From a virus (Duplodnaviria; Caudoviricetes): a stretch of DNA of 61,421 nucleotides. Positions 40,780 through 49,602 of this stretch are shown here, one piece after another (position 1 is the first letter of the stretch; each line of letters begins with the position of its first letter). The stretch is from the IMG/VR virus record IMGVR_UViG_3300017752_003321, positions 1-61,421 of that record; one strand, 5' to 3'. The notes below the pieces were generated by a model. The model worked only from the letters and a program-made list of their open reading frames with translations. It was not told where the DNA came from and did no database searches. The position numbers were made by a program, and so were the translations under genes.

Positions 40780-41720
40780 TGTGGACAACTGAAACATTAG
40801 AATGGATTGATATTGAACTTACAAGTTTTTGTAACATACGTTGTAAAGGGTGCTTTCGAGAATTATCCACACATGCAGATAAAATTCTTAATAAAACATA
40901 TTTAGATATTACTACGATTAAAGAAAAATTTAAAAAAGAAATGTTTCCTAATATTAAAATCATTAATTTTTGTGGTAGTGTTGATGAACCAACTAGTCAT
41001 CCTCAATTTTTTGAAATCGTAAAACATTTTGCTAGTTGGGACTGTCATATTAATGTTGCTACTAATGGCAGTTTACGTAGTGAAAAATGGTGGGGAGACC
41101 TAGCCAAAATATTACCTAGTAGTCATAGAGTCACTTGGGGCATAGACGGTAGCGATGAATTATCAGAAGTTTATAGGCAAGGTAGTAATTTTAAAAAAGT
41201 AGAAAAGAATTTTAGATCATTTATAAAAGCTGGCGGCTTAGCTAATTGGCAATTTATTGTGTTTGAACATAATGAACACCAGTTGGAGATTGCTCGTGCT
41301 AGAGCCACTGAAGAAGGATTTCATGCGTTCCAAACAATTTATAGTCATCGTAAAGACACAAAAGATGTAAAACCTAAACAAGTTGATAATAAAGAGTCGA
41401 GCTGTATTAGTTGCAAATATGCTAATCAAAAACGCATATTTGTAAATCACATGGGTAATGTTATTCCATGCTGTCACCTTAATGCTAAAATGTTAGAATA
41501 TCCGGTAAGTAATATTAATAAAGATAAATTTGAGGACATACTTGAAGAACAAGACTATATATCTGATATTAATTTGAAAAATGTAACTATAGAACAAGCT
41601 ATAAACGGAAAAGTTTGGACAGACATAAAAAACAGTTGGACATCAGATAACAAGATTCCTCGTTGCGAGCAAGTGTGTAAGCAAAATAAAAGAGATAAAT
41701 TTGTGAAGGAAATATTATGA
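40779..41720 (+). CDS. radical SAM protein with C-terminal Twitch/SPASM-like domain (family B)
   Basis: CNIRCKGC, CGSVDEP, FEHNEHQ, PCCH...CEQVC. Confidence 0.9.
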   Translation: MWTTETLEWIDIELTSFCNIRCKGCFRELSTHADKILNKTYLDITTIKEKFKKEMFPNIKIINFCGSVDEPTSHPQFFEIVKHFASWDCHINVATNGSLRSEKWWGDLAKILPSSHRVTWGIDGSDELSEVYRQGSNFKKVEKNFRSFIKAGGLANWQFIVFEHNEHQLEIARARATEEGFHAFQTIYSHRKDTKDVKPKQVDNKESSCISCKYANQKRIFVNHMGNVIPCCHLNAKMLEYPVSNINKDKFEDILEEQDYISDINLKNVTIEQAINGKVWTDIKNSWTSDNKIPRCEQVCKQNKRDKFVKEIL

Positions 41721-42322
41721 ATAAGATAATAGGAAAAATATCAAGCCTATTAGGTATAGTATCACATTGTCAACGTAATTGGATTGAATCGAAAAAAATA
41801 CCCGAAGAGCATCTAAATTATATTATTGAAGCCTGTACGGACATGCCAACAAAACAACAAAAAGACGTATACTCATTAGTAGCAATTACAGATAGAAAAA
41901 TAATTATGGAACTTTTCGAAACTTGTTATGAAGAGAAGGATTATGCAAGAACATTTAAAAGAAATACACAAGTATTGGCAAATTTATTATTAGTATGGAT
42001 ACCTAGTAATAGTATTAAAGGAACTGATTCATATGGCCAATCGTTAGGAATAGCTGTAGGAATATCGGCCGCGGCGGCCGCACTTGCAGGAGCAGAATTA
42101 GGATACCGCACAGGATTTTGTCGATGTATTAATGAAGAAAAATCCAAAAAGGTACTTGAATCTTATATTGGAAAAATAAAAAAAGAAGAAGTACCTCTTA
42201 TGTTAGGAATAGGAATACCAGATGAAAAATTTGAACATAATGTTATGGCAATAAATGGTGCAAGGTTTGGACATAAAATTAGCGACGATAAACCTAATCG
42301 CAAAGTATACAGACTAGCATAG
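41717..42322 (+). CDS. nitroreductase-superfamily flavoprotein
   Basis: HCQRNW...IPEE.L..IIEA...PTKQ, GISAAAAALAGAELGYRTGFC, LMLGIG.P. Confidence 0.75.
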   Translation: MNKIIGKISSLLGIVSHCQRNWIESKKIPEEHLNYIIEACTDMPTKQQKDVYSLVAITDRKIIMELFETCYEEKDYARTFKRNTQVLANLLLVWIPSNSIKGTDSYGQSLGIAVGISAAAAALAGAELGYRTGFCRCINEEKSKKVLESYIGKIKKEEVPLMLGIGIPDEKFEHNVMAINGARFGHKISDDKPNRKVYRLA

Positions 42323-42333
42323 GAATATTTTAA

Positions 42334-42362
42334 TTGACAAATATATATAAAAGTGCTATAAT
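42334..42362 (+). promoter_or_regulatory. consensus sigma70 promoter, probably leaderless
   Basis: TTGACA (42334-42339), N17, TATAAT (42357-42362) with extended -10 TG. ATG begins 6 nt downstream, no SD. Confidence 0.85.
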
Positions 42363-42367
42363 TAACT

Positions 42368-43483
42368 ATGAATGAAGATTTGAAATGGTCGAACTATGAC
42401 TTCTCTAAAATACCGTTTGATGATATTGTCAGTGTGGGTCAACGTACTCTGCTTTATCGTGATCTATTTACTGTATCCTGGCTCCTCGGCCGCTTCTGTA
42501 ACTACAGATGTAGTTATTGTTGGCCCTACGCACGAAGTGATAGAAAAGATCACAGACCTACCGAATTGTGTATTCGAACGATCGACGAAATCAAGCGACA
42601 AGCCCGGGGAAACGGATTCAATAGCTTTCACTTTTCATTGTCAGGGGGTGAGCCTACCTTTCATCCAGGATACTTGGACATTCTCAAACACCTCGCCCAA
42701 GATGTAGTAAACACAAATTATACAAGTATACACATGACTTCAAACTGTTCACGTAAAATGAATTGGTTTGAAACCTATGTAGAATATGCAAAACCCTTTC
42801 ATAGAGCTAGTATTACTGCAAGTCTACATACTGAACATGTAAACACACCTGTAAAGATGCAGGAGTTTGCTGACAAACTTATATTTTGCCAAGAGCATGA
42901 CGTACAAGTTACAATTAATATGGTTATGGTACCACAGTGGTTTGAACGTGATTGGGATAATGCATTATTCTTCCATGATCAAGGAATCAATGTAACACTA
43001 AAGCCACAAAGTGATCCTACAGCAAGTTTTGTTGTAGATGGATATACTGAAGAACAATTACAAAAATTATATAACGGAATGCCACAACGTGCATATACTG
43101 ATAAAAAACGTAAATGGGCAAACAGACCAAAACCTAAATTTAGTTTACTTCCACCTATGGAAGTAAGCACAGGGGAAAGAATACCTGCACATTATCAAGT
43201 TGAGTTAGAAGATTCTAATGGCGATAAGTATTATATGGATCAGGCAGAAAGATTTAATGCTTTTAATTTTAATAAGTTTAAAGGATGGAGTTGTAATGCA
43301 GGATACAGCGGAATTATTATTAGAGAACCAGACGGCAGTATAAAACGTAGCTATAGTTGTAGAGATGTGCCTTTGGGTAATATTGAAACAGGTTTTAAAC
43401 TTTTTGACAGTCCTATGCCGTGTATTACAGATAGTTGTGTATCAAGTGCAGATTCTAAGATACCAAAAAGGAGAATATTATGA
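42368..43483 (+). CDS. radical SAM protein with Cys-rich C-terminus (family C)
   Basis: WLLGRFCNYRCSYC, LSGGEPT, FKGWSC, SYSC, PCITDSC. Confidence 0.9.
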   Translation: MNEDLKWSNYDFSKIPFDDIVSVGQRTLLYRDLFTVSWLLGRFCNYRCSYCWPYARSDRKDHRPTELCIRTIDEIKRQARGNGFNSFHFSLSGGEPTFHPGYLDILKHLAQDVVNTNYTSIHMTSNCSRKMNWFETYVEYAKPFHRASITASLHTEHVNTPVKMQEFADKLIFCQEHDVQVTINMVMVPQWFERDWDNALFFHDQGINVTLKPQSDPTASFVVDGYTEEQLQKLYNGMPQRAYTDKKRKWANRPKPKFSLLPPMEVSTGERIPAHYQVELEDSNGDKYYMDQAERFNAFNFNKFKGWSCNAGYSGIIIREPDGSIKRSYSCRDVPLGNIETGFKLFDSPMPCITDSCVSSADSKIPKRRIL

Positions 43484-44130
43484 TAGAAAATGTTTCAAAT
43501 TTTGATGACGAATCATGGGGACCAAAAGCAGAGAAAATTAGCATTTGGCATTTTGATCCGACAATAGTTGATAAAGAAGAAGATGTTTTTATGAAGGTAT
43601 GTAACTTCGATTTAGATTTTGATGAAGACCTTAAAAAAGCAAAAGAAAACATACAGCCAACAGTTACTCACCATACAGAGTTTTGGAGCGGAATAGGATA
43701 TCCAGAAGGAGTGCCTATTACTGATTCTTCTTTCAAATTCGATTTATCTAAGTACCCAAACTTCAAAGAAATAATAGACCGTCTAGGATTAGTAGAACAT
43801 GAAGAATTTGATATCAAAGTAAAATTATTTTGCCAAAGACCAGGGCAGATGTTACCAACTCACATTGATAACTATAAAAAAGCATCAGAAGAAAAAACAT
43901 CAGAAATTGCTCTAACTGCTCTTAGATTTGTTGTTGCTCTTAATGACTGGGACATTGGTCATTATTGGCACTTTGGAAATGCAGTTTGGAAGCAATGGAA
44001 AAAAGGAGACTGTGTCCATTGGCATAGAACTATGGCACATGGTACTGCAAATACAGGACATAGTGATAGATTAAGTTTGCAAATTACAGGCATACCTAGC
44101 GAAAAAACTTTTAAGTTAATTCATAGTTAA
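43480..44130 (+). CDS. 2OG-Fe(II)/cupin oxygenase (Asp/Asn beta-hydroxylase-like)
   Basis: QRPGQMLPTHID (HxD), WKKGD, HGTAN.G...R.SLQITG. Confidence 0.7.
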   Translation: MIENVSNFDDESWGPKAEKISIWHFDPTIVDKEEDVFMKVCNFDLDFDEDLKKAKENIQPTVTHHTEFWSGIGYPEGVPITDSSFKFDLSKYPNFKEIIDRLGLVEHEEFDIKVKLFCQRPGQMLPTHIDNYKKASEEKTSEIALTALRFVVALNDWDIGHYWHFGNAVWKQWKKGDCVHWHRTMAHGTANTGHSDRLSLQITGIPSEKTFKLIHS

Positions 44131-44767
44131 ACTTGTTTATCTCCCATTTAAAACTTTCTTCTACAATCTGTTTTAATTCAGGAGTATAATACTCTTCGAT
44201 TGGTTTTTCTCGTTCGGGTCCTTTGTTCCTAATTTTTCTTTCTATGTTAGGTTTGTATATATTGTATCTTTGTAAAAGACCATCAAGATCATCATATAAA
44301 TTATCAGTATCAATGTAATGATCGCAAGCCGGAATATTGTTTTCATAATAGATGTTTTTATCAACATGACAATGACCATGCTTGTCATACATGCTTTTGA
44401 TCCAAGTTTCAAATGTCCGCCAATCGTATTCCACACCAGTGAGTACATTCTCTCTAGGACTTAAATGCCATCCTTCTTGATGTCTGTATTCGTAAAAACT
44501 AACTAATTTTTTATATGGATTTCTTATGGATGTAAAAAATTTAAAATTTTCTGCCCCTGGAACATTTTGTTTTACTTGCGTGATGTTGCTATGTAAATAA
44601 AAATTCATTAGATTTGGTTGATAATTATCCCTGTGATTTGACCTTGCTATATGATAGTTGTAGTATTGATAATGTAGCGTATTTTCTATGTAACGCTTCA
44701 CACTTACACTACCGGTTTTTACAGTTGCAATATAAACAAGATTTATTGGATGGTATATGATAATCAC
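44111..44767 (-). CDS. sulfotransferase family 2-like protein
   Basis: 5'-PSB-like VKTGSVSV, 3'-PB FTSIRNPYKKLVSFY, and typical YY.PEL...V...F...I..FNY end. GTG start. Confidence 0.75.
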   Translation of the reverse strand: MIIIYHPINLVYIATVKTGSVSVKRYIENTLHYQYYNYHIARSNHRDNYQPNLMNFYLHSNITQVKQNVPGAENFKFFTSIRNPYKKLVSFYEYRHQEGWHLSPRENVLTGVEYDWRTFETWIKSMYDKHGHCHVDKNIYYENNIPACDHYIDTDNLYDDLDGLLQRYNIYKPNIERKIRNKGPEREKPIEEYYTPELKQIVEESFKWEINKFNYELT

Positions 44768-44772
44768 ATAAG

Positions 44773-44801
44773 TATTTACACAAATGCATAGGCGGTAAAT
44801 A
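44773..44801. promoter_or_regulatory. divergent pair of TAAATA late-type promoters
   Basis: Minus-strand TAAATA (44773-44778) is 5 nt from GTG 44767. Plus-strand TAAATA (44796-44801) is 5 nt from ATG 44807. Neither has an SD. Confidence 0.65.
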
Positions 44802-44806
44802 TACTT

Positions 44807-46861
44807 ATGAGCCTAAAAGTCCTGATCTCACAACCAAATTTATACGATTCAAAAGTCTTTATGCCACTAGTGTTCTTATGCCTAAAAACATACGTGGATA
44901 AACAAGAAGACATACAGCCTGTTACTTGGCTCGATCCTTTATTTAGAAATACAGATGTTGATACAATGTTAAAAGGTATAAATTTAAAACAATTAGATAT
45001 CTTAGGATTAAGTTGTTATGATTGGAATTGGCAACTAAATTTACAAATAGCAAAAAGAGTAAAACAAGAAAATCCTAATTGTTTGGTTATAGCAGGAGGA
45101 CCTCACCCTGATTGGAAAGATGTAGATTTTTTTAAAAATTATCCACAGATAGACATTATTGTGTATAACGATGGAGAACGTCCTTTTGCTGAAATTATAA
45201 AAGCAGTGCAACAAGGCACAGAATTTAAAAATATTAATAATTTGATATTGCCCGGATTAAGAACTCCGCCAGATTCTTTGTTTAAAGAATTTGATGCAAG
45301 TCCATGGCTAGAAAATAAAGAGTGGGTGTTAGATTTTAAAAAACGCTATATAGACGAAGGTAGCAATCAGCACTTTACATTGCTATGGGAAACAGATAGA
45401 GGATGTCCTTTTAAATGTTCTTTTTGTGATTGGGGTAGTGCTACAAATAGTAAAGTGCGTAGGATACCTGAGCAAAGGGTTTATGACGAGATTGATTTCT
45501 TTACCAAAGAATTAAAGGTAGATGTTCTATATCATGTAGGTGCAAACTTAGGAATTTTTCCTAGAGACTTAGATTTTGTAAAATACATATGTAACAAAAA
45601 GATAGAAACTGGATATCCTAAAAGTTTTCAATATAGCACTAGTAAAAACACTCCTGAACGCACAGTTGAAATAGCCAAGTCTTTGTATAATGCTAAACTA
45701 TTAAAAAAACATGTTGTAAGTTTACAGCATACTAAACAAGAAGTATTAGACTGTATTGATAGATATAATATTCCAGTGAAACGACAAATACCAATGATTA
45801 GAGATTTAAATAAAGAACGAATGCCATGTATTAGTCAAATGGTAATGGGAATGCCAGGAGATACTCCTGATCTTTGGATGCAAGCATTGACAGATACTAT
45901 TGAATGGGGTATACATTACGAATGTAGAATATATGACTTCCAATTACTTCCTAATGCTCCAGCCGCTCAAAAAGAGTATATGGAAAAATGGCAGATAGAA
46001 ACCAGGGTAAGAAAACATTTTATAAACGGATATCATAAATTTTTAGAACAAGATCATGAGAGCGAACCTTCTACCAGTGAGTTTATTGTTGCTACAAAAA
46101 CATACTCATTAGAAGACTGGCTACAAATGAAGGTATTTGGAAAAATGTTTATGGCTTTACATGGTGGAAGTATCACTAAATGGGCTAGTATGTTTTGTAG
46201 AAATACATTAGGTATAACTTATTACGATTTTTACAAAGGTATATATAACAATTTTTTTAAAAATCCTTTGTATACATATACTAATTCCATATATAACACA
46301 GGCTACACGCATTTTAAAAATTTTATAGATGACGATAATTTGACAGATGAACTTCAAATTCCAGAATTAGAAAACGGCAGATTCTACCAATTAGAAGAAT
46401 ACATTCTTTGGAAATGCTTGTATGATACAAATTTTGAAGTTAATCAAAAGTTTTGGACAGAATTACAACAATACTTAGATACAACATATAATAACGAAAT
46501 GTTACACGACCTGTTAGAATTTAATAAAAAAATGATACTAAATTTTGACTATAGATCAGAAGTTGGAAAAAACATAATGTGCAATAGAGATTGGTTAGAA
46601 TACATTGATTCGTGTACATGGAACACAGTAGATAATACAGCAGAAAATTTTGATGTAAATTCAAATCTAATTAATGTTCCTGTTGCTTTTAATCAAGGAA
46701 AAGTTTGGTATACTAAAGATCATAAGATAGGACAATTTCCTATGGGAGGAGCACAGGATGTTAATTGGTATGATAACAAAGAAATGTTTGTTAATACGAT
46801 ACTAGCACCAACCTATATGCGTGGAACTAGAACGGTATATAATAGGGGTAGCTATGTTTAA
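44807..46861 (+). CDS. cobalamin-binding radical SAM protein
   Basis: B12-binding N-domain (DILGLSCY.WN, VIAGGPHP, DGERPF) plus ETDRGCPFKCSFCDW and GMPGDT. Confidence 0.88.
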   Translation: MSLKVLISQPNLYDSKVFMPLVFLCLKTYVDKQEDIQPVTWLDPLFRNTDVDTMLKGINLKQLDILGLSCYDWNWQLNLQIAKRVKQENPNCLVIAGGPHPDWKDVDFFKNYPQIDIIVYNDGERPFAEIIKAVQQGTEFKNINNLILPGLRTPPDSLFKEFDASPWLENKEWVLDFKKRYIDEGSNQHFTLLWETDRGCPFKCSFCDWGSATNSKVRRIPEQRVYDEIDFFTKELKVDVLYHVGANLGIFPRDLDFVKYICNKKIETGYPKSFQYSTSKNTPERTVEIAKSLYNAKLLKKHVVSLQHTKQEVLDCIDRYNIPVKRQIPMIRDLNKERMPCISQMVMGMPGDTPDLWMQALTDTIEWGIHYECRIYDFQLLPNAPAAQKEYMEKWQIETRVRKHFINGYHKFLEQDHESEPSTSEFIVATKTYSLEDWLQMKVFGKMFMALHGGSITKWASMFCRNTLGITYYDFYKGIYNNFFKNPLYTYTNSIYNTGYTHFKNFIDDDNLTDELQIPELENGRFYQLEEYILWKCLYDTNFEVNQKFWTELQQYLDTTYNNEMLHDLLEFNKKMILNFDYRSEVGKNIMCNRDWLEYIDSCTWNTVDNTAENFDVNSNLINVPVAFNQGKVWYTKDHKIGQFPMGGAQDVNWYDNKEMFVNTILAPTYMRGTRTVYNRGSYV

Positions 46862-47510
46862 TTGGCAAAATGTGGAAGTATTTAACGTGCCATACAAATT
46901 TGTTATTTGTGATAACTTTTTACAAGACTATGATGACAATTTATTTCCTAACCAAGAATGGTGTAATAAGAATTTAATTACTCGTGAGAACTCTGTTACA
47001 AAAGCAATTAGTGCGATTAACAGTTTAGAAAAGTTAGATGGAAATAAAAGAAGTTTGCTAGAAAATATTTTAAGCCAAGATTTTCATAACAAAGTTTGCA
47101 AAATTTTAAACGTACCTTTAGTAAACGAATCTGTTGCTGTTAGGAAAACAGTAGGAGATTATAGGATAGCCCGTGAGGCTATGTATGTCACAAATTTAAA
47201 AACTGACAAGGATATACTAGATGTGCATTATGATAGTGAGGTAACTATTTGGACAGGATTACTTTATTTTAGTGATAGCAATTATGGTGGAAGTTTTAAT
47301 ATACATACTGAAGATAAAACAATTTTTAAAAAAATACCTATAAAAAAGAATAGACTTATACTTACACTGAATAGTAGTAACAGTTGGCATAGTGTGTCAT
47401 CTTGGCACGATAATAATCCACGTAAGAGCATATACATTACAAGTGAATTTAAAAACTTTGGAAGAGATAAAGATAGAAAACCTATAGAAGCAAAGGAGGT
47501 ATGGTTCTAA
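46854..47510 (+). CDS. 2OG-Fe(II) oxygenase
   Basis: ATG 46854 after AGGGG. LDVHYD (HxD), LLYF...GG.F, SWHSV, R.S. Confidence 0.75.
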   Translation: MFNWQNVEVFNVPYKFVICDNFLQDYDDNLFPNQEWCNKNLITRENSVTKAISAINSLEKLDGNKRSLLENILSQDFHNKVCKILNVPLVNESVAVRKTVGDYRIAREAMYVTNLKTDKDILDVHYDSEVTIWTGLLYFSDSNYGGSFNIHTEDKTIFKKIPIKKNRLILTLNSSNSWHSVSSWHDNNPRKSIYITSEFKNFGRDKDRKPIEAKEVWF

Positions 47511-48166
47511 TGACTAAAGAACTAATTAGAAAATTTGATATTGGATTAGATATAAAAAAGTTACAACAAGACTTTAATAATTTATTACCACAGATGGAGG
47601 AAATTGGCTGGTGGGGAGCAGAAGGTGCAACACACCAATTTCAATTTGCTGTTCAATCTAAGTTCGGTAGTAATAATCCTTATCACGAATGTTGCGGACC
47701 ACAGCCTAGTTTAAATAAAGAGGATGGCTCTAATCCTCTAAACGAAGGTAGTTTTAACATAATCAACGATATGTTTATAGGCACATATTTTGAGGATGTT
47801 ATTAGCAAGTTTCCAATTGATGTTACACGAGTTAGAATATTAAAACTTAAAGGAAAGAGTTGTTATAGACTACATAGAGACATGACATATAAATTTCATA
47901 TTCCTATTATAACAAATCCTAGTAATTTATTCTTCTTTCCAGAACAACATCATAGGTATGTAATTCATTTACCTGCTGACGGAAGTATATATTACACTGA
48001 TACTTCAGAGCCACATACATTTTTGAATGGAGGAACTAAGGACAGATATCATATTGTGTTAAGTAGCACTATCGACAAAGATATACTTTTGAATGACTTT
48101 ACAAAGGAGTTAGATTTTACAAGAGATCATTTTCCATCTCTTGATAAAAACGGCGAATGGATATAG
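47510..48166 (+). CDS. aspartyl/asparaginyl beta-hydroxylase-like 2OG-Fe(II) oxygenase
   Basis: ATG 47510 (TAATG overlap, SD GGAGG). RVRIL.L...YRLHRD..FHIPIITNP, DTSEPHTF.NGG...RYHIV. Confidence 0.75.
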   Translation: MTKELIRKFDIGLDIKKLQQDFNNLLPQMEEIGWWGAEGATHQFQFAVQSKFGSNNPYHECCGPQPSLNKEDGSNPLNEGSFNIINDMFIGTYFEDVISKFPIDVTRVRILKLKGKSCYRLHRDMTYKFHIPIITNPSNLFFFPEQHHRYVIHLPADGSIYYTDTSEPHTFLNGGTKDRYHIVLSSTIDKDILLNDFTKELDFTRDHFPSLDKNGEWI

Positions 48167-49602
48167 TATTACTATCTGATGTTTATGCAGAAGGCTACAT
48201 ACGTGGAGCAGGAGCATACAAACTAGCGACAGAACTACGGTCTGCCGGCTATTCTGTACAGGTTATTGACTTTGCAAGTAGGTTGACAGAACAAGAAGTA
48301 AACAAATTATTTAATAAATTCTTAACGCAGGAAACAAAACTGTTAGGAGTTAGTAATACATTTATGAGTAACAAAGGAAATAAAATATTTGAACAAGATT
48401 GGATGCTAAATTTAATCAATGAATATAAACAACGTTTTAACTTCAAAGTTGCTATCGGCGGAAATAGAGGGGGTCCTGCGACTTATTCTAAGTTAGCCAG
48501 AAATGTATTTGACATATTAGTAAGTGGTTTTGCTGATAAAGCAATTTTAGCTGTTGCTGAAGGAAATGCTAAAGGAAAATTAGTAAACAATCAACTTATA
48601 GTAGATAGCAATGTAGATTATGAATACACAGATTTTCACAACAGCAAAACTATATTTACAGAACAAGATTGTGTATTTCCAGGTGAAGCATTGCCTATTG
48701 AAATTGCTAGGGGTTGTAAATTTAGATGCAGTTATTGTTTTTATCCAGGAAATGGGAAAGGTGATACTTATAAACATTTAAAAAATAAAAGTGTTCTTAG
48801 AGATGAACTAATATATAATTATGAAACATTTGGAACACAAGTGTACGATATTATGGATGATTTGCTAAATGATAGTCCTGAGAAATGCGAATATATACAC
48901 GAAGTATTTACAAACTTACCCTTTAAGGTCAGTTTTGGATCGTATGCAAGAAGTGATTTACTTATAAGCAATATGCATACATTACCTTTGTTAGAAGAAA
49001 GCGGAGCAGTAGGACTACAATTTGGTATAGAAACATTATTTAAAAAATCTGGAAGTGCTATTGGAAAAGGAATGGCCAAAGAAAAAACTATCGAAGGCTT
49101 ACATTATATCAAAGAAAATAGTAACATAAGTTTAGGAAGCGGATTTATTTTCGGATTGCCATACGAGCCTTTAGAAAGTATAAGAAGTACTATAGAATGG
49201 TTAGACTCAAAAGATTGTCCTCTAGATAATAAAGAAGTATATGCATTAAGTATTCCAAGTTTGAATAGTCATTTTGAACATAGTAAGCTAATGATTGATC
49301 CTTATCGCTGGGGATATAAAGATTTAGAACCAACAAATAAAGACAGAATGATTTGGGACAACGGACACATAAATTGGTATCAAGCAAAAGAGTTAGCAGA
49401 TGAATGTTTAAATAGATTTCGTAACCATAATCACTTTAATGCTCATCAGATAAGTAGAGTATACAACATGGGCTATGATGTCGGCACAATTACAAATACA
49501 CCTGCCGCAGTATTTAGAAACAAATTTGAATCTATTAAACCTAATAGCGATAGTGTATTGAGTAAGAAAAAACAGTATTTGGAAAAATTGTATGCAATAT
49601 AA
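48157..49602 (+). CDS. cobalamin-binding-type radical SAM protein
   Basis: GAYKLA.ELR..GY.VQVID N-domain, IEIARGCKFRCSYC, FGIET, FIFGLPYE. Confidence 0.85.
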   Translation: MDIVLLSDVYAEGYIRGAGAYKLATELRSAGYSVQVIDFASRLTEQEVNKLFNKFLTQETKLLGVSNTFMSNKGNKIFEQDWMLNLINEYKQRFNFKVAIGGNRGGPATYSKLARNVFDILVSGFADKAILAVAEGNAKGKLVNNQLIVDSNVDYEYTDFHNSKTIFTEQDCVFPGEALPIEIARGCKFRCSYCFYPGNGKGDTYKHLKNKSVLRDELIYNYETFGTQVYDIMDDLLNDSPEKCEYIHEVFTNLPFKVSFGSYARSDLLISNMHTLPLLEESGAVGLQFGIETLFKKSGSAIGKGMAKEKTIEGLHYIKENSNISLGSGFIFGLPYEPLESIRSTIEWLDSKDCPLDNKEVYALSIPSLNSHFEHSKLMIDPYRWGYKDLEPTNKDRMIWDNGHINWYQAKELADECLNRFRNHNHFNAHQISRVYNMGYDVGTITNTPAAVFRNKFESIKPNSDSVLSKKKQYLEKLYAI

